Shown: one piece after another, positions 12,501 to 23,319 of the stretch
Layout: every line of letters starts with the position of its first letter
How positions within the stretch are numbered: position 1 is the first letter of the stretch
DNA from: Tetramitus jugosus
Lineage: Eukaryota > Protista > Heterolobosea
NCBI GenBank assembly: GCA_937625935.1
Contig: OW569348.1
Span: 62,001 to 126,000 of the forward strand
Reading direction: 5' to 3'
Length of the DNA: 64,000 nt
The notes under the pieces: model-generated
What the model was told of the DNA's origin: nothing
Database searches by the model: none
What the model saw: the letters and a program-made list of their open reading frames with translations, nothing else
Position numbers and translations under genes: made by a program

Positions 12501-14731
12501 TCGCCAAGAATGATGACATCAAGGTAGCAATGATCGAATCATCTCCAGATGGTCTCGTCATTTCTATCAAACCATCTGACGATGCATTCGATGGCAAGAA
12601 GCTGAGAAGAAAGAACTCCATCCATAAGAAATACTATGGTGATTACGTTCACTTGCAAAACTCTGATTGGTTCAAGCAGATGCAAGCAGATTACGGTGAT
12701 CAATATGTCAGCTTCAGTTCTGTTGTCAGCAAGTACAACAAGAACTATAGAAAGCAAGAGCGTTTGCTAGTTGTCACCGATCGTGCCATTTACAATCTCG
12801 ATCCTAATGGATACATCACAAAGAGAAGAATTGAGATGAGAAGAGTCAAGGGTCTCACTGTAAGTCCTTTGACCGATGGTTTCTTCATTCTGAGAATTCC
12901 AGACGAGTATGACTACCTGTTCGAGAGTTCCAAGAAGACTGAAATTCTTAAGGTATTGCAAGACAATTTTGCCAATGCCACAAGAAGTACATTGCCTTGC
13001 GACATTAAGGAAGAAATTATATACAAGGCTGACAAGAAGGCTGTCTCTGAACAGACCATCAAGTTCAGAAGCGAGAAGGGTATCACCCAGACATCCATCA
13101 TGAAGAAGCCTTATGGTGCTGATGTTCTTGTCAAGATGGAAGAAACAATTACAAACGACATGACAAGAGAAGTTGTTCAAGATATTTATCAAGGACAGAA
13201 GCTTCGTCGTCGTGAGTCTCTTCTTGCATCACAAGTTGGTGATTACTTGCACATTGGTAGCTCCAAGCACTTTACCAAATTGTGTCAAAAGCATGGTGAT
13301 ACTCAACTTGTCTACTCTGGAGGTGTCAGTAAGATCAACCACAGATATCAAGTGCAAGAAAGAAAGATCATTATCACGAATGATGCACTGTACAATATGG
13401 ATAAGGAAGCCAAGGAGGTGAAGAGAAGAATTCCTATTAAGAAGATTGCTGGTATCTCTGTCAGTACCATGAGAGATGGTTTCTTCATTGTCAGAGTTCC
13501 TGATGAGTACGATTACTTCTTCGAATCTCCAAACAAATCTGAGATTATTAAGGCTTTGCTCGATCAATACAAACTATTGAAGGGTACAAACTTGGATTTG
13601 CAAGTGGATGATAAGCAGTTCTACTCAGCATTTAAGGTTTCAAAGGGCAAGGGTGTTCGTACCATTGATTTCCAAGAGGATAACACTGTACTTCAATCAA
13701 CCTTGTATCCAACTGGAACTGGTCTAATGATTAAGGTGAACAACAAGGAAGAAACAGAGGAACGTTTGCAACAACAAGAATTCGATATTGTCACACAAGA
13801 TGCTGATATTTATCAGGGAAGAAAGATTAGAAGAAAGGAATCTGCAAGCAAGGAACGCTTGGGTAATTATGCCCTTGATATTGAACATGCTGATATTAAG
13901 AAGCTGTTCAGACAAAACGGTGATAAGCAACTGCTGTTTAGTGCTGAGATGAACAAGATTAATAAGAAGTTCACCTCACAAAAACGTATTGTGGTTGTCA
14001 CTGATAAGAACGTGTACAACTTGGATCCAAAGGACTTTAAGGTTAAGAGAAAGATTGCTTTGGATGAGATTGATGCTGTGTCTGTCAGTACTCTTCCTGA
14101 TGGTATGTTCTGTATGCACATGCCTGAATCATACGATTATGTATTCGAATCAGATAAGAAGACTGAGATGATTGATGTTTTGGCTACTGCTGTTCAAAAG
14201 AAGGCACAAAAGAGAATGACTGTCAATGTGGCCGATAAGTTCGAATTCTGTCCTACAAAGGGTGAATTCCAGTCTATTAACTTTGTGCTCGATGATTCTG
14301 CAGGTCAAACAACGATTGAAGGTGCTACAAACGGCTTGGTTGTTCACGTGCAACATGATGAACCAGCAGTTACACTGGAAGCTGCCTATGTCTACTACAA
14401 CGACAACCAACAGAATCCAATTGAAGTGAAACCAGAACCAATTCTCATCAAGTTCAAGAAGAGATGGAAGTACAAGCTAGAAATTCGTTTCTATGTTAAT
14501 GAACATTTGCAAGGATGTTCCTTCCATGAGAAGATTGACACCGTGACAAGCAGACAAGAGTTCGTTTCTCAAGTTGCTGATCTGAAGCCTCGTGATGAAC
14601 GTTACATTGTGACGCTACCAGAAAGAAGAGTCATCTTCTCCTTGTTGTCCAAGACTCAAGTCAAGGCAAAGTTGGTGGATCCAGTAGGAAAGACCCTCCT
14701 TGCCATTCGTTTCGTCTACGATGTCAGATAA
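9598..14731 (+). CDS. Class I-type myosin heavy chain (about 1597 aa): motor, 1 IQ, four TH1 repeats, C-terminal RhoGDI-like domain; exons 9598-9738, 9908-10287, 10459-14731
   Basis: GESGAGKT P-loop, LEAFGNAKTLRNDNSSRFG, DLYGFE, RDALAK, IQKNYR; repeated GxKxRR..S...GDY and SxxxDGFF...YDYxFES TH1 signatures; introns checked for frame. Confidence 0.95.
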
Positions 14732-14999
14732 ACAATAACGACAATAAAAACCAACATCTATCCCATTTTACAAACTTGGTCGGCGTCATTCGCGAATATT
14801 ATCCCGTAAGGTCCCTCTCTTGCTTTCCACATCCAGAAGACACGACACGTTCTCGCAGCGGACGTCCGCTGGACAAGAGGTGTTGCCAGCAATTTTGTGG
14901 AGAACAAACGACGTTCGATTCGTTTACACAGACAAACAACAACAACAATTAAACAAACAACAAACAAAAACCACCAACAAACCAAAACAACAAAACAAA

Positions 15000-16568
15000 A
15001 TGGCTAGGTTAAAGTTACCCACACTCACAGTGAACAAATGGTTCACATTTGTGTTTGGCCTTCTCATGTGCTCGGTCAGTGGTGTAGCTTACATGTTTTC
15101 TGCAATTGCTCCCTCACTCAAGGAACAAATGGGTTACACACAATACGAAATTAACATGGTGGGAACCATGGCCAACATTGGCGGTAACTTGGGTATAATC
15201 GGTTCGTTATTTTATAATTTCGCGGGAACGAGGCCTAGTTGTCTTTTGGCGGGATTTTTGATTTTTATCGGGTATTTTATGATTTACTGTGGCGCCATGC
15301 AGTGGATCTCGGTGAATTTTGTGGTCATGGGTCTGTTTTTCATGGTGATGCAAAATGGTACTTCGACATCATACACTGCTGCACTCTCCACCAACATTTT
15401 GAACTTTAGTCAAATGAGCAGAGGAAGAGTTGTGGGAATCATGGCATCTGCTCTTGCCATCTCCTCTGCTATTTTTACTGGCATTTTTGCTTATGTGTTC
15501 AAGAGAAACTTAAACTTGTTCATTTTGTTCATGGCGGTTGCTTGTGGTGCTATCCCTACTGTCTCTACCATTTTCATGAACGTTGTGCCTCAAGATGGCT
15601 CCTTCCGAGGACTGTTCAAGTTTCGCCTTGGGTCCAAAGAAGAGGATGAAGATTCATGGAAACCATTGAACATTCAAGGAGGCGAAAAACCCCGCCACTA
15701 CGACAGCGCTTCAGACTCTGACTTGGAAGCTTCTCAGCCAGTGCTCTATCAATCAGGCTCTTATGGAACAGAGGTCTCTCCGCTCATCACTGAGCACTCT
15801 GAGCTTGCAGTGTTTCCGATCGAGGGATCAGCCGTTGGCATCCAAAAAGTGGTGATTACCAAGGATATGATCTTTAGAGAGGTGAATCCAATACGCATGT
15901 TGCTCACCTTGGACTTTTGGTTGCTGTTTGTTGTGTTTTTCGCTGGTGTTGGTAGTGCGTATGTGATTAATAACAATTTGGGATCGATTGTGCTGTCATT
16001 GGGTGCAAAGAAGGGATCACAGAACGTTATGGTTCTCCTCTTTTCATTCTCCAACTGTGCTGGTAGAATTATTACTGGTTTGGTGAGTGATAAGATTGCA
16101 AATCATGTGACACGTATGACTGTGTTGAACATGTCTTCCTTGTGCATTGGATTGGTGCACTATGGATTTTCATTTGCTACCATTGGAATGATGTATCCAT
16201 TGATTATTTGCTTGGGCTTGGTGTATGGTGCTCTGTATGCTATGATCCCTAGCTACATTTCTGAACGTTTCGGGCAAAAGTATTTCTCGATTAACTTTAG
16301 TGTTGCTTGTTTGGCGCCATCTCTCGGCTCCTATCTGTTGGCCACATTGCTTTCAAGTGCCATTTACAAGGCAAATTCAAAGGAAGGATCAAAGAGTTGC
16401 TACGGAAAGGCATGCTACCAAGCAACCTACCTCATTTGTACAGGTTTGTGCCTGCTTGCATTTATCATTGGACTTTTTCTGATGCACAGAAGCAGCAAAA
16501 TGTACACCCGTATCAGGGCATACAACAAGAAGTTCAGCGAAAGCCAATCGGGAGGTGCCGCTCACTAA
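15000..16568 (+). CDS. MFS transporter, nodulin-like (NFD4/Mch1-like)
   Basis: About 12 TM segments; SGVAYMFS...LK..MGY.Q; DFWLLF; NCAGRI..G.VSD; central hydrophilic loop. Confidence 0.88.
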   Translation: MARLKLPTLTVNKWFTFVFGLLMCSVSGVAYMFSAIAPSLKEQMGYTQYEINMVGTMANIGGNLGIIGSLFYNFAGTRPSCLLAGFLIFIGYFMIYCGAMQWISVNFVVMGLFFMVMQNGTSTSYTAALSTNILNFSQMSRGRVVGIMASALAISSAIFTGIFAYVFKRNLNLFILFMAVACGAIPTVSTIFMNVVPQDGSFRGLFKFRLGSKEEDEDSWKPLNIQGGEKPRHYDSASDSDLEASQPVLYQSGSYGTEVSPLITEHSELAVFPIEGSAVGIQKVVITKDMIFREVNPIRMLLTLDFWLLFVVFFAGVGSAYVINNNLGSIVLSLGAKKGSQNVMVLLFSFSNCAGRIITGLVSDKIANHVTRMTVLNMSSLCIGLVHYGFSFATIGMMYPLIICLGLVYGALYAMIPSYISERFGQKYFSINFSVACLAPSLGSYLLATLLSSAIYKANSKEGSKSCYGKACYQATYLICTGLCLLAFIIGLFLMHRSSKMYTRIRAYNKKFSESQSGGAAH

Positions 16569-16683
16569 CGTCGGTGCTTCAACTTCGTCATAAAATGTTC
16601 GTACAAAGTTTCAGGATTTATTATTATATTACTAACTCTTGTTTGTTTTTCTTGTGAACAAAATGAGACAAAATGATGTGCAC

Positions 16684-18969
16684 TTAAGCCAAGTATCGGT
16701 AGGTCGAAGTAGATGTGCTATCACGCTCGAGGTAATCTCTTGAGATCAAATCTTCGATTCTCTGCTTGATGACCTTTGGGTCAGGTCTAAAGTGAGCCAT
16801 CAATTGCTTAGAAGTTTCAAGCACCAGCTCTTGATGTTGCATTTGCTTTCTTGCCTTCATCAAACGAACAATAGCGGCTTCAATAGCATGCTTTCTGTCT
16901 TCCTTTGTGCTGGCATCGATTTCATCACGCTCCTTCTCAGTAATCTTCAACACCAAGTTTGGAATCTTGATTCTTCTGTTCTTGTTGCTGAATTCAACAT
17001 GCACAGTGAACTTGTCAGTAGTTTCAACCTTCTTTGGATTGGCACCATCCTTCTTCAAGATTTGAGCAGTCTTAGAGACGCTCAATGACAACAAATTCTT
17101 CTTGATGTCATCGAATGGCAGAGTAAGGGTTTGTTGGATGTCTCCAGCAGTGATCTCTTCCTGGGAGTTGAATAGGACTAGGATACAGGCTTGATAGGTG
17201 GACATGACCAAATCCTTTTCTCCAGCTGAGAAACGACCCAAAACAGTACATGTGCCCAGTGAGTGGACCCATTTTAGGGTTCTGCTCTCTGTTCTTGAAT
17301 CATAAAAGTCCTTGAATGCAGTGAGACATGAATTGAAATCTTCACTAATGGTGAGTTGATCAATCTTGAATGATGGCCAGAAACCAGTGGTCAACACTTG
17401 AGGTGAGAAACTGATCGGGAGTACCTTCTTTTTGCCGTCGCAATAGGTTTCAAAGTCCTTTTGCAAATCATCGGACAGAGATTGATCCTTGATCATACCT
17501 TCCAATTTGCTGGTGAATGAGGCTCCTTGTCTCATCTTGAGCTTTGAGATCAAGGATCTTTCAGCATCAGTGTTCGACTTGGCAACCAACAATCTCTTGG
17601 ACAATTGACGTCTGTAGAACTCTTGGAACATATCCTTATCGGAAATGTAGCCAAAGAGACGAACAATCTTCTCCAATAGTTCATCCAACTTGTCTTCACC
17701 GACCTTATCAGTTGACTTCATAATGGTGTCGCAATAAGTGGACAACAGTTCAGCAGTAGATGATTTGACAGTGTTGGAGGAGTCCTTTGGCGTATGAACG
17801 AGATCAGTGTTGACAAATGCAGTGAAGGCATCCTTCAATGCCTCCAAAAACAAATTGTCCTTCTCGAATTGAACATTGACCAATTGAGAGTACTTTTCGT
17901 GCAAACTGAGCAATGCATCAATGAACGCTGTTGTGTCCAACTCTGGTTTCGATTGATGTGACTGAACAACAGCCATACCCTCATCTCTAATATAATCTCT
18001 CATCATGTCTGACATGGGTTTCAAGTGACCCACACGCTTAAACAGACGATACATTCTGCTCAAGTCCTCCACCTTGTAGTCCTTTAGCAATGGAATGAAA
18101 CCAGAGTTATCATTCTCCAACAGTCTGCTCTGATGCGCCGATATGACCTCTTGTTCCACCTTCTTGATCAAACTGGCTTCTGTGCTGCTGTGCAAGTAGG
18201 CTTGAGCTCTTGCTTGTTCCAAATCCAATCTGTCTTCAGCCTTCTTCATATAATCAGGAACACTGTCTTGATTGATCCACAGAGATGATTCTCTCTTGTA
18301 GAATGTGGATGTCTCATAGGCCAATGGAGCCTCAAAGTCCTTCTCATAGGCATTCAATGAATTCAAGCCCATTTCAATAAACAGATTGACACCGTCCTTC
18401 ATCATGGATCGATCAATCATCTCACCTGTTCTCTCCTTGTAAATCTTGTCCAAGAGTGCACTGGCCATGTCCTTCTTTATTGACTCGTACACCAATTGTT
18501 GATAACACTTGAGACCAACATCCTTCAATGAGTCTCTATTGTTGTGCTTTGTGTAATAACGGTCCAAATAGTTGAACAGTTTTCCCATGTAGCGAACAAC
18601 AATTTGATGATCTCTCCATCTCTTGACAGCTTCCATCAATAGGACTTCACCTTGTTTTTCCTTGAGTGATGGCACAACTCTCTCAACCAGATAATTCTTT
18701 ATACAGGTGCTGTATCGTCCGTAGAGCAACTCAGTAGGTCCACCGCTCAATTTTCCAGTATCAACCTTTTGTGTACACAGATTGTAGACAGTAGAGTACA
18801 GAGTGGCATATTCATTGAAATCAAATGGTTTTTTGGCGTTGGAATCAAGGAAATCAATCAGTTTGGTCACACCCTCTTGCAGCAACTGCCATTTCTCTTC
18901 AAAGTTGGCCTGTGGTTGTGGTGTTGTGCTCGTTTTTGGTTTGGCTGATGGTCGAGAACTGAAAAACAT
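16684..18969 (-). CDS. CUL1: Cullin-1
   Basis: YATLYSTVYNLCTQK, FNYLDRYY, DKDMFQEFYRRQLSKRLL, FTSKLEGM, neddylation motif AAIVRLMK, IEDLISRDYLER. Confidence 0.95.
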   Translation of the reverse strand: MFFSSRPSAKPKTSTTPQPQANFEEKWQLLQEGVTKLIDFLDSNAKKPFDFNEYATLYSTVYNLCTQKVDTGKLSGGPTELLYGRYSTCIKNYLVERVVPSLKEKQGEVLLMEAVKRWRDHQIVVRYMGKLFNYLDRYYTKHNNRDSLKDVGLKCYQQLVYESIKKDMASALLDKIYKERTGEMIDRSMMKDGVNLFIEMGLNSLNAYEKDFEAPLAYETSTFYKRESSLWINQDSVPDYMKKAEDRLDLEQARAQAYLHSSTEASLIKKVEQEVISAHQSRLLENDNSGFIPLLKDYKVEDLSRMYRLFKRVGHLKPMSDMMRDYIRDEGMAVVQSHQSKPELDTTAFIDALLSLHEKYSQLVNVQFEKDNLFLEALKDAFTAFVNTDLVHTPKDSSNTVKSSTAELLSTYCDTIMKSTDKVGEDKLDELLEKIVRLFGYISDKDMFQEFYRRQLSKRLLVAKSNTDAERSLISKLKMRQGASFTSKLEGMIKDQSLSDDLQKDFETYCDGKKKVLPISFSPQVLTTGFWPSFKIDQLTISEDFNSCLTAFKDFYDSRTESRTLKWVHSLGTCTVLGRFSAGEKDLVMSTYQACILVLFNSQEEITAGDIQQTLTLPFDDIKKNLLSLSVSKTAQILKKDGANPKKVETTDKFTVHVEFSNKNRRIKIPNLVLKITEKERDEIDASTKEDRKHAIEAAIVRLMKARKQMQHQELVLETSKQLMAHFRPDPKVIKQRIEDLISRDYLERDSTSTSTYRYLA

Positions 18970-19373
18970 GTTTCTTAGTTGTCGTAGTAGTAAGTTGTTG
19001 TTGAGAAAAAAATGGAAAAAGCTTTTTTTTGAGTTGTTATTGTAGTAGGTTTTTTTCTCCTTTTGTGTATGTCAGAGTGAGTTTACAAAGGGGGATGGAA
19101 GAAAAAAGACCAGAGAGGTTATGCTGTGTGTTTTGATTTTTTTGTTGTTGGGAAATGGAGTGCAAAAATTCAAAACGAAGCTAAGCTATTGTTTGTTTTT
19201 TGTTGTTGGTTTCCGCTGTGAGGAACATCATCACCAAGTGATTGTTGTTCGATCATGAACTTCAACTTTACAATGAATCCCCATGTTCTTCGCTTCAAGT
19301 TCAACGGAGTTTTATGATGATTCCGATTTGACAGTCAAAAAAAAAAACGCGTCAAGGAGACCGGTAGCGACAA

Positions 19374-21359
19374 ATGGGTATAATGAAGGATTGCTTGGGT
19401 GATGTTTTTGTTTTGTCATGTCTGTGTCCGAGTGAAGGCCACCATACACCACCACCATCCAATCCTGAGCTATTGACCACCTTTCCTGATATTCAAAATC
19501 AGCAAGGAGCGGACAAGGGTCAATGGTGGATACTGTCATCTCTCAAACAAGCTGCTTTACACGTTAGTGTTTTGGATGAGTCCCTGAGTGAGAGTAAACA
19601 AAGATTTGCTCAAGATTTAGAGACATTTTGGCTTGATATGAATGGTTCGAAGTCACAACTTGTGGAGCACTTGGACTCACTCATTATTACATATATGGAG
19701 GGTTATAAGACAAAGTTAAAGAAGGAGTATCACATACTGTGTCATTTGCCAATCATTCGTTCGAATGTTTCAAGTGAAATAGCTTCAAAGATCGTATCAA
19801 TGGAGGAGAACAGGGGATCGACACAATTTAGGTTATGTATTGATGATGTACTTTGCTCTGAAGTTGTTTTGAATGTGATTATTCGAGCCATGTACACAGG
19901 ACAAGTAAGATGTAACTATTTTGGTCACATACACTTTGATGTTTCTCAGTTGTCCGAGAATGATACAGTTTTCGATTCATTGTGCTTGTCAGAAGAGGGT
20001 AAAATCAAGCTCAATGCTTGGATTTGTGTTTTATTTGAGACATTTGCTGTTTATCACCATTTGAAGATGCGAAACCAAGTGATAGAATCATTCATCTTTC
20101 TTCAACTTGATGAATTGATTCGTCACGGATACTCCCAGGATATCATCACTCAAAACCAGATATTAGGTCAATCATTGTTTGGCACATTGATATCGGACAT
20201 ATCTATCACAAAAGGATTCAATTCTCTTCTCTCTGTAGATACTCCTGAGTGTAACTTATTCGACCAGAAAGAAAGTAATGGGGATCTTAAATTGAGTTTG
20301 GATGTAGATGACAATGAGGAATCATGTAACATGCATATTGTCTTGCACAAGGTGGTGCTAATGGCCCGTAGTGAGTATTTCAGGAACATGTTCTTGTCAC
20401 AGATGAGTGAATCGAGCATGTTGCAAGTCAAGCTTCCACTTTGCCAAAACTATTCTGTGCTGAAGTCGTATGTGTTTTACTTGTATCATGGATATATTCA
20501 CAGGAACGAGATTGGGGAGATCAGTGTTGAATTACTTGGTATTGCCAAGTTGATGGATGATCTTCATTTGATATCTCTCTGTGAAGAAGCGATTGCTTGC
20601 AGACTTGATTCAACCAACATCATTGACTTGTACAACATTGGAAAGAATATGTCACTCAGCGGGTTACTATTGAGATGTGAAAAGATGTTGGTGTACTTTC
20701 GAGAAACGGGAGAGATGAATGAAATACCCGAGTTTGACATGAATGACATCAGGGAAAGATATTATCTTTCGTATAGGTTTCAACAGACTGATTGTTTTTT
20801 GAAGGATACTGGCAGATCATCCTTGTATGTACGATGTGTGGTTGTTATTGACGACAACTATGACTTTTTGAAGGTGCTTCACTCATTCTTGGTCCGGAAT
20901 TGCATCGACGAGGACAAAGAGTATGTTTCTGGCAAATACTATACCATTCGATTCTTGGACTCGAGTGGACTCAAGTTTCTGGTTTCTGTAGCGTTTGATA
21001 CTGCACTCTCCGATGATACCGCTGCTATTCAGAACTTTCGTTGCTTCCAACCAGGTTATTTGCTTTTTGCTACCTCAGCTACTGGCGCCACAACAGAGAC
21101 AGTACAGCAAGCAATAGTATCGAGCCAAACGATCGTTCCTAGATATGTAGCTGGGATGTCCTCCTTCACATTGCTTGTGGGCGATCGGCATCGTGGTCAA
21201 TCTGATTGTCAAATACCTTCAAGTTTGGTCAATTATTGCGAGTTGGGCCCAATAGAAGAATCTGCTGAAGTAATAGATCGTATGTTCTTCTCAGCGATTC
21301 GAGTGGGGCTTTACAATTATATGCACTACAATATTCCTCTACAATACTGGAGGGAATGA
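19374..21359 (+). CDS. BTB/POZ (plus BACK-like) protein with a C-terminal degenerate Rho/Rac-like domain
   Basis: HKVVLMARSEYFRNMF...MSES BTB; YLYHG; LCEEAI...N.IDLY BACK-like helix; C-terminal RCVVV / FDTA / LLVGDR / MFFSAIRVGL; start codon uncertain. Confidence 0.75.
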   Translation: MGIMKDCLGDVFVLSCLCPSEGHHTPPPSNPELLTTFPDIQNQQGADKGQWWILSSLKQAALHVSVLDESLSESKQRFAQDLETFWLDMNGSKSQLVEHLDSLIITYMEGYKTKLKKEYHILCHLPIIRSNVSSEIASKIVSMEENRGSTQFRLCIDDVLCSEVVLNVIIRAMYTGQVRCNYFGHIHFDVSQLSENDTVFDSLCLSEEGKIKLNAWICVLFETFAVYHHLKMRNQVIESFIFLQLDELIRHGYSQDIITQNQILGQSLFGTLISDISITKGFNSLLSVDTPECNLFDQKESNGDLKLSLDVDDNEESCNMHIVLHKVVLMARSEYFRNMFLSQMSESSMLQVKLPLCQNYSVLKSYVFYLYHGYIHRNEIGEISVELLGIAKLMDDLHLISLCEEAIACRLDSTNIIDLYNIGKNMSLSGLLLRCEKMLVYFRETGEMNEIPEFDMNDIRERYYLSYRFQQTDCFLKDTGRSSLYVRCVVVIDDNYDFLKVLHSFLVRNCIDEDKEYVSGKYYTIRFLDSSGLKFLVSVAFDTALSDDTAAIQNFRCFQPGYLLFATSATGATTETVQQAIVSSQTIVPRYVAGMSSFTLLVGDRHRGQSDCQIPSSLVNYCELGPIEESAEVIDRMFFSAIRVGLYNYMHYNIPLQYWRE

Positions 21360-21446
21360 CAACAAGGAGTGAATTGACCATTGTTGATTAATCCTTAACG
21401 ACAACATATTTATGATACTATACAAACTCTTTATTTTACAAACTGC

Positions 21447-22190
21447 TTACTTCTTGTCGCCGAAGATTACACGATCAAACTCACTCTTAAACTGAGAATA
21501 ACGTTCATTTTCTTCACCACCATGATTATCGGATTCATCACTCTTCTTCGTCTTGCAACTGCACTCCTCTTCTTTGCCGCTTCTCCTAAATGTTGAAAAA
21601 TCGCTCTTGATCTCTTTTTCGAAGTTATCCAAGAATCGATGCAATTCTTTTTGACCATTTTCCCAGAAATTGTTCCACCAGGCATCATCCACCTTGTTAC
21701 GGTTGATCGCCACATTTTCATTTTCTTGATCTTCATCCTCCAATCTCGTTCTAGACAATGTCCTGCGCCCATCATCTCTCATGATCAATGAATCGAACCA
21801 GTCCATCAATGATGGTGCCCCTCTTTGCATGAATACTACGTTTGATGGAGATGACAAAAGCGAGCTTCTACTCGAAACATCCACACTTATACCATACTCT
21901 CTCTTCATCTGCTCCAATGTCAAATCATTCTTCTTTTCCACAGTTTGTGGAATGAGAAATTGACCCTTTCGAATATTGTCCACAGAATTGGACAGTGTTG
22001 TCTTTTCAATGTTGCACAACATTTCACTTGGTTGGTCTTCTTGTTGATCTTGTTGTTCGACTTCTTTTGTCGTCATTCTTGGTTTTGTAAAGCAATTGTA
22101 AAAGAGTTGATGACGGATAATGGTTTGACCGTCATCAGTGGTCTGAGTAGAGCTGGTACTACCGGATAAAGTTTCTCTCGATTCGTGCAT
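21447..22190 (-). CDS. Hypothetical acidic protein
   Basis: Long ORF; start ATG 22190 or 22076; no recognised family. Confidence 0.5.
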   Translation of the reverse strand: MHESRETLSGSTSSTQTTDDGQTIIRHQLFYNCFTKPRMTTKEVEQQDQQEDQPSEMLCNIEKTTLSNSVDNIRKGQFLIPQTVEKKNDLTLEQMKREYGISVDVSSRSSLLSSPSNVVFMQRGAPSLMDWFDSLIMRDDGRRTLSRTRLEDEDQENENVAINRNKVDDAWWNNFWENGQKELHRFLDNFEKEIKSDFSTFRRSGKEEECSCKTKKSDESDNHGGEENERYSQFKSEFDRVIFGDKK

Positions 22191-22442
22191 GTGCTTATCA
22201 ATGCTCCTTCTAAACAACACTATTTGATTTTGTTTTTCAAGTTGGTTGAAGATCAAAGATTAGTTTTTCCATTTTATCCGATGCCACTCTCCGCTCCGAT
22301 AATTACGACGTGTGACACTTTGAACATTCTAGGTGTGAAGAGGCCCCTTCCCCAAATCAAAAAAAAATCGCAACAGACACAAACACAAAACACAAAGCTC
22401 ATACCACATATTGTACAACAACCAACAACAACAACAACAACA

Positions 22443-22952
22443 ATGGCTTCCACAACCCTTACCCAAGACCCAGTCATCATTGCCTCACTCTTTAAAAAAT
22501 ACGATGCAGACAACAGTCAAACCATTGACACATCCGAACTCGAATCACTATTGTCCGATTTGGGTGTCACTCTGCAAGATGAGCATCAGAAACGTGCCAT
22601 CTTAATGTTGGTAGACAAGGACGGAAGTGGTACCGTATCATTGGATGAATTCCTGTCTTGGTGGAGCAAAATGGTCAAGGATTCAAGTTTTGCAAGATTT
22701 GAGAAGAATATGGCCATGGCAGCATATGTCTGTTGGTTGTTTGTTCAGGCAAATTGCACGGCCAATGGTAGTTTACCCAATTCCAAGTTTGCTCAAGTGT
22801 ATCAACAATTGTATGACATGTATCATGCCATGTGGCCCAGTGTGTACGGTCAGGCCATGTATACGACAGAGCAAGCAGTGAAGCATTTGGATATTGATGG
22901 GGATGGAAATATAATCTTTTATGAGTTGATGCATTGGTTGAACTGGGTGTAA
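22443..22952 (+). CDS. EF-hand calcium-binding protein (three intact loops, one degenerate)
   Basis: DADNSQTIDTSE, DKDGSGTVSLDE and DIDGDGNIIFYE loops; third loop NCTANGSLPNSK degenerate; ATG after a CAA repeat. Confidence 0.88.
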   Translation: MASTTLTQDPVIIASLFKKYDADNSQTIDTSELESLLSDLGVTLQDEHQKRAILMLVDKDGSGTVSLDEFLSWWSKMVKDSSFARFEKNMAMAAYVCWLFVQANCTANGSLPNSKFAQVYQQLYDMYHAMWPSVYGQAMYTTEQAVKHLDIDGDGNIIFYELMHWLNWV

Positions 22953-23036
22953 ATAAATACGTTGTTCACTGTTTCTTCTTTCGAGTCTGACGAAAAACAA
23001 CAATATGACCGAGTTCAACTCCTAACCACCTAAAGA

Positions 23037-23225
23037 ATGCAGAGCAGTGTGATCCTATATCTTGTTGAAACATAAAGAAATGACATGCATTTCAATATCC
23101 GGCTCGTGTCAGGGGAACCCGTGCGCAACATCATTGCGCACATGGCAATATTCCATAGAACCCAGGTTCCGCACTTCTCGCACAGTGCTGTCATGAAACT
23201 GCTGAAGCAACAATACCCCCGCATC
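23037..23225. ncRNA. Candidate structured non-coding RNA or cis-element (unassigned)
   Basis: Six mutually compatible nested helices read directly from the sequence (see findings); no convincing ORF. Confidence 0.3.
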
Positions 23226-23319
23226 AGGTCAATAAAACTCGCTCTTCTTTCTTGAAAACACGTTATTCAGTGGATCTCAAACAAAAACACAATCAAACAC
23301 AACCAAACTCAAAAAAGAT

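Noticed and set aside
19337-19347. A-homopolymer upstream of the BTB ORF as a possible frameshift or slippery site
   Set aside because: Upstream frames are short and closed; no evidence of a longer N-terminus
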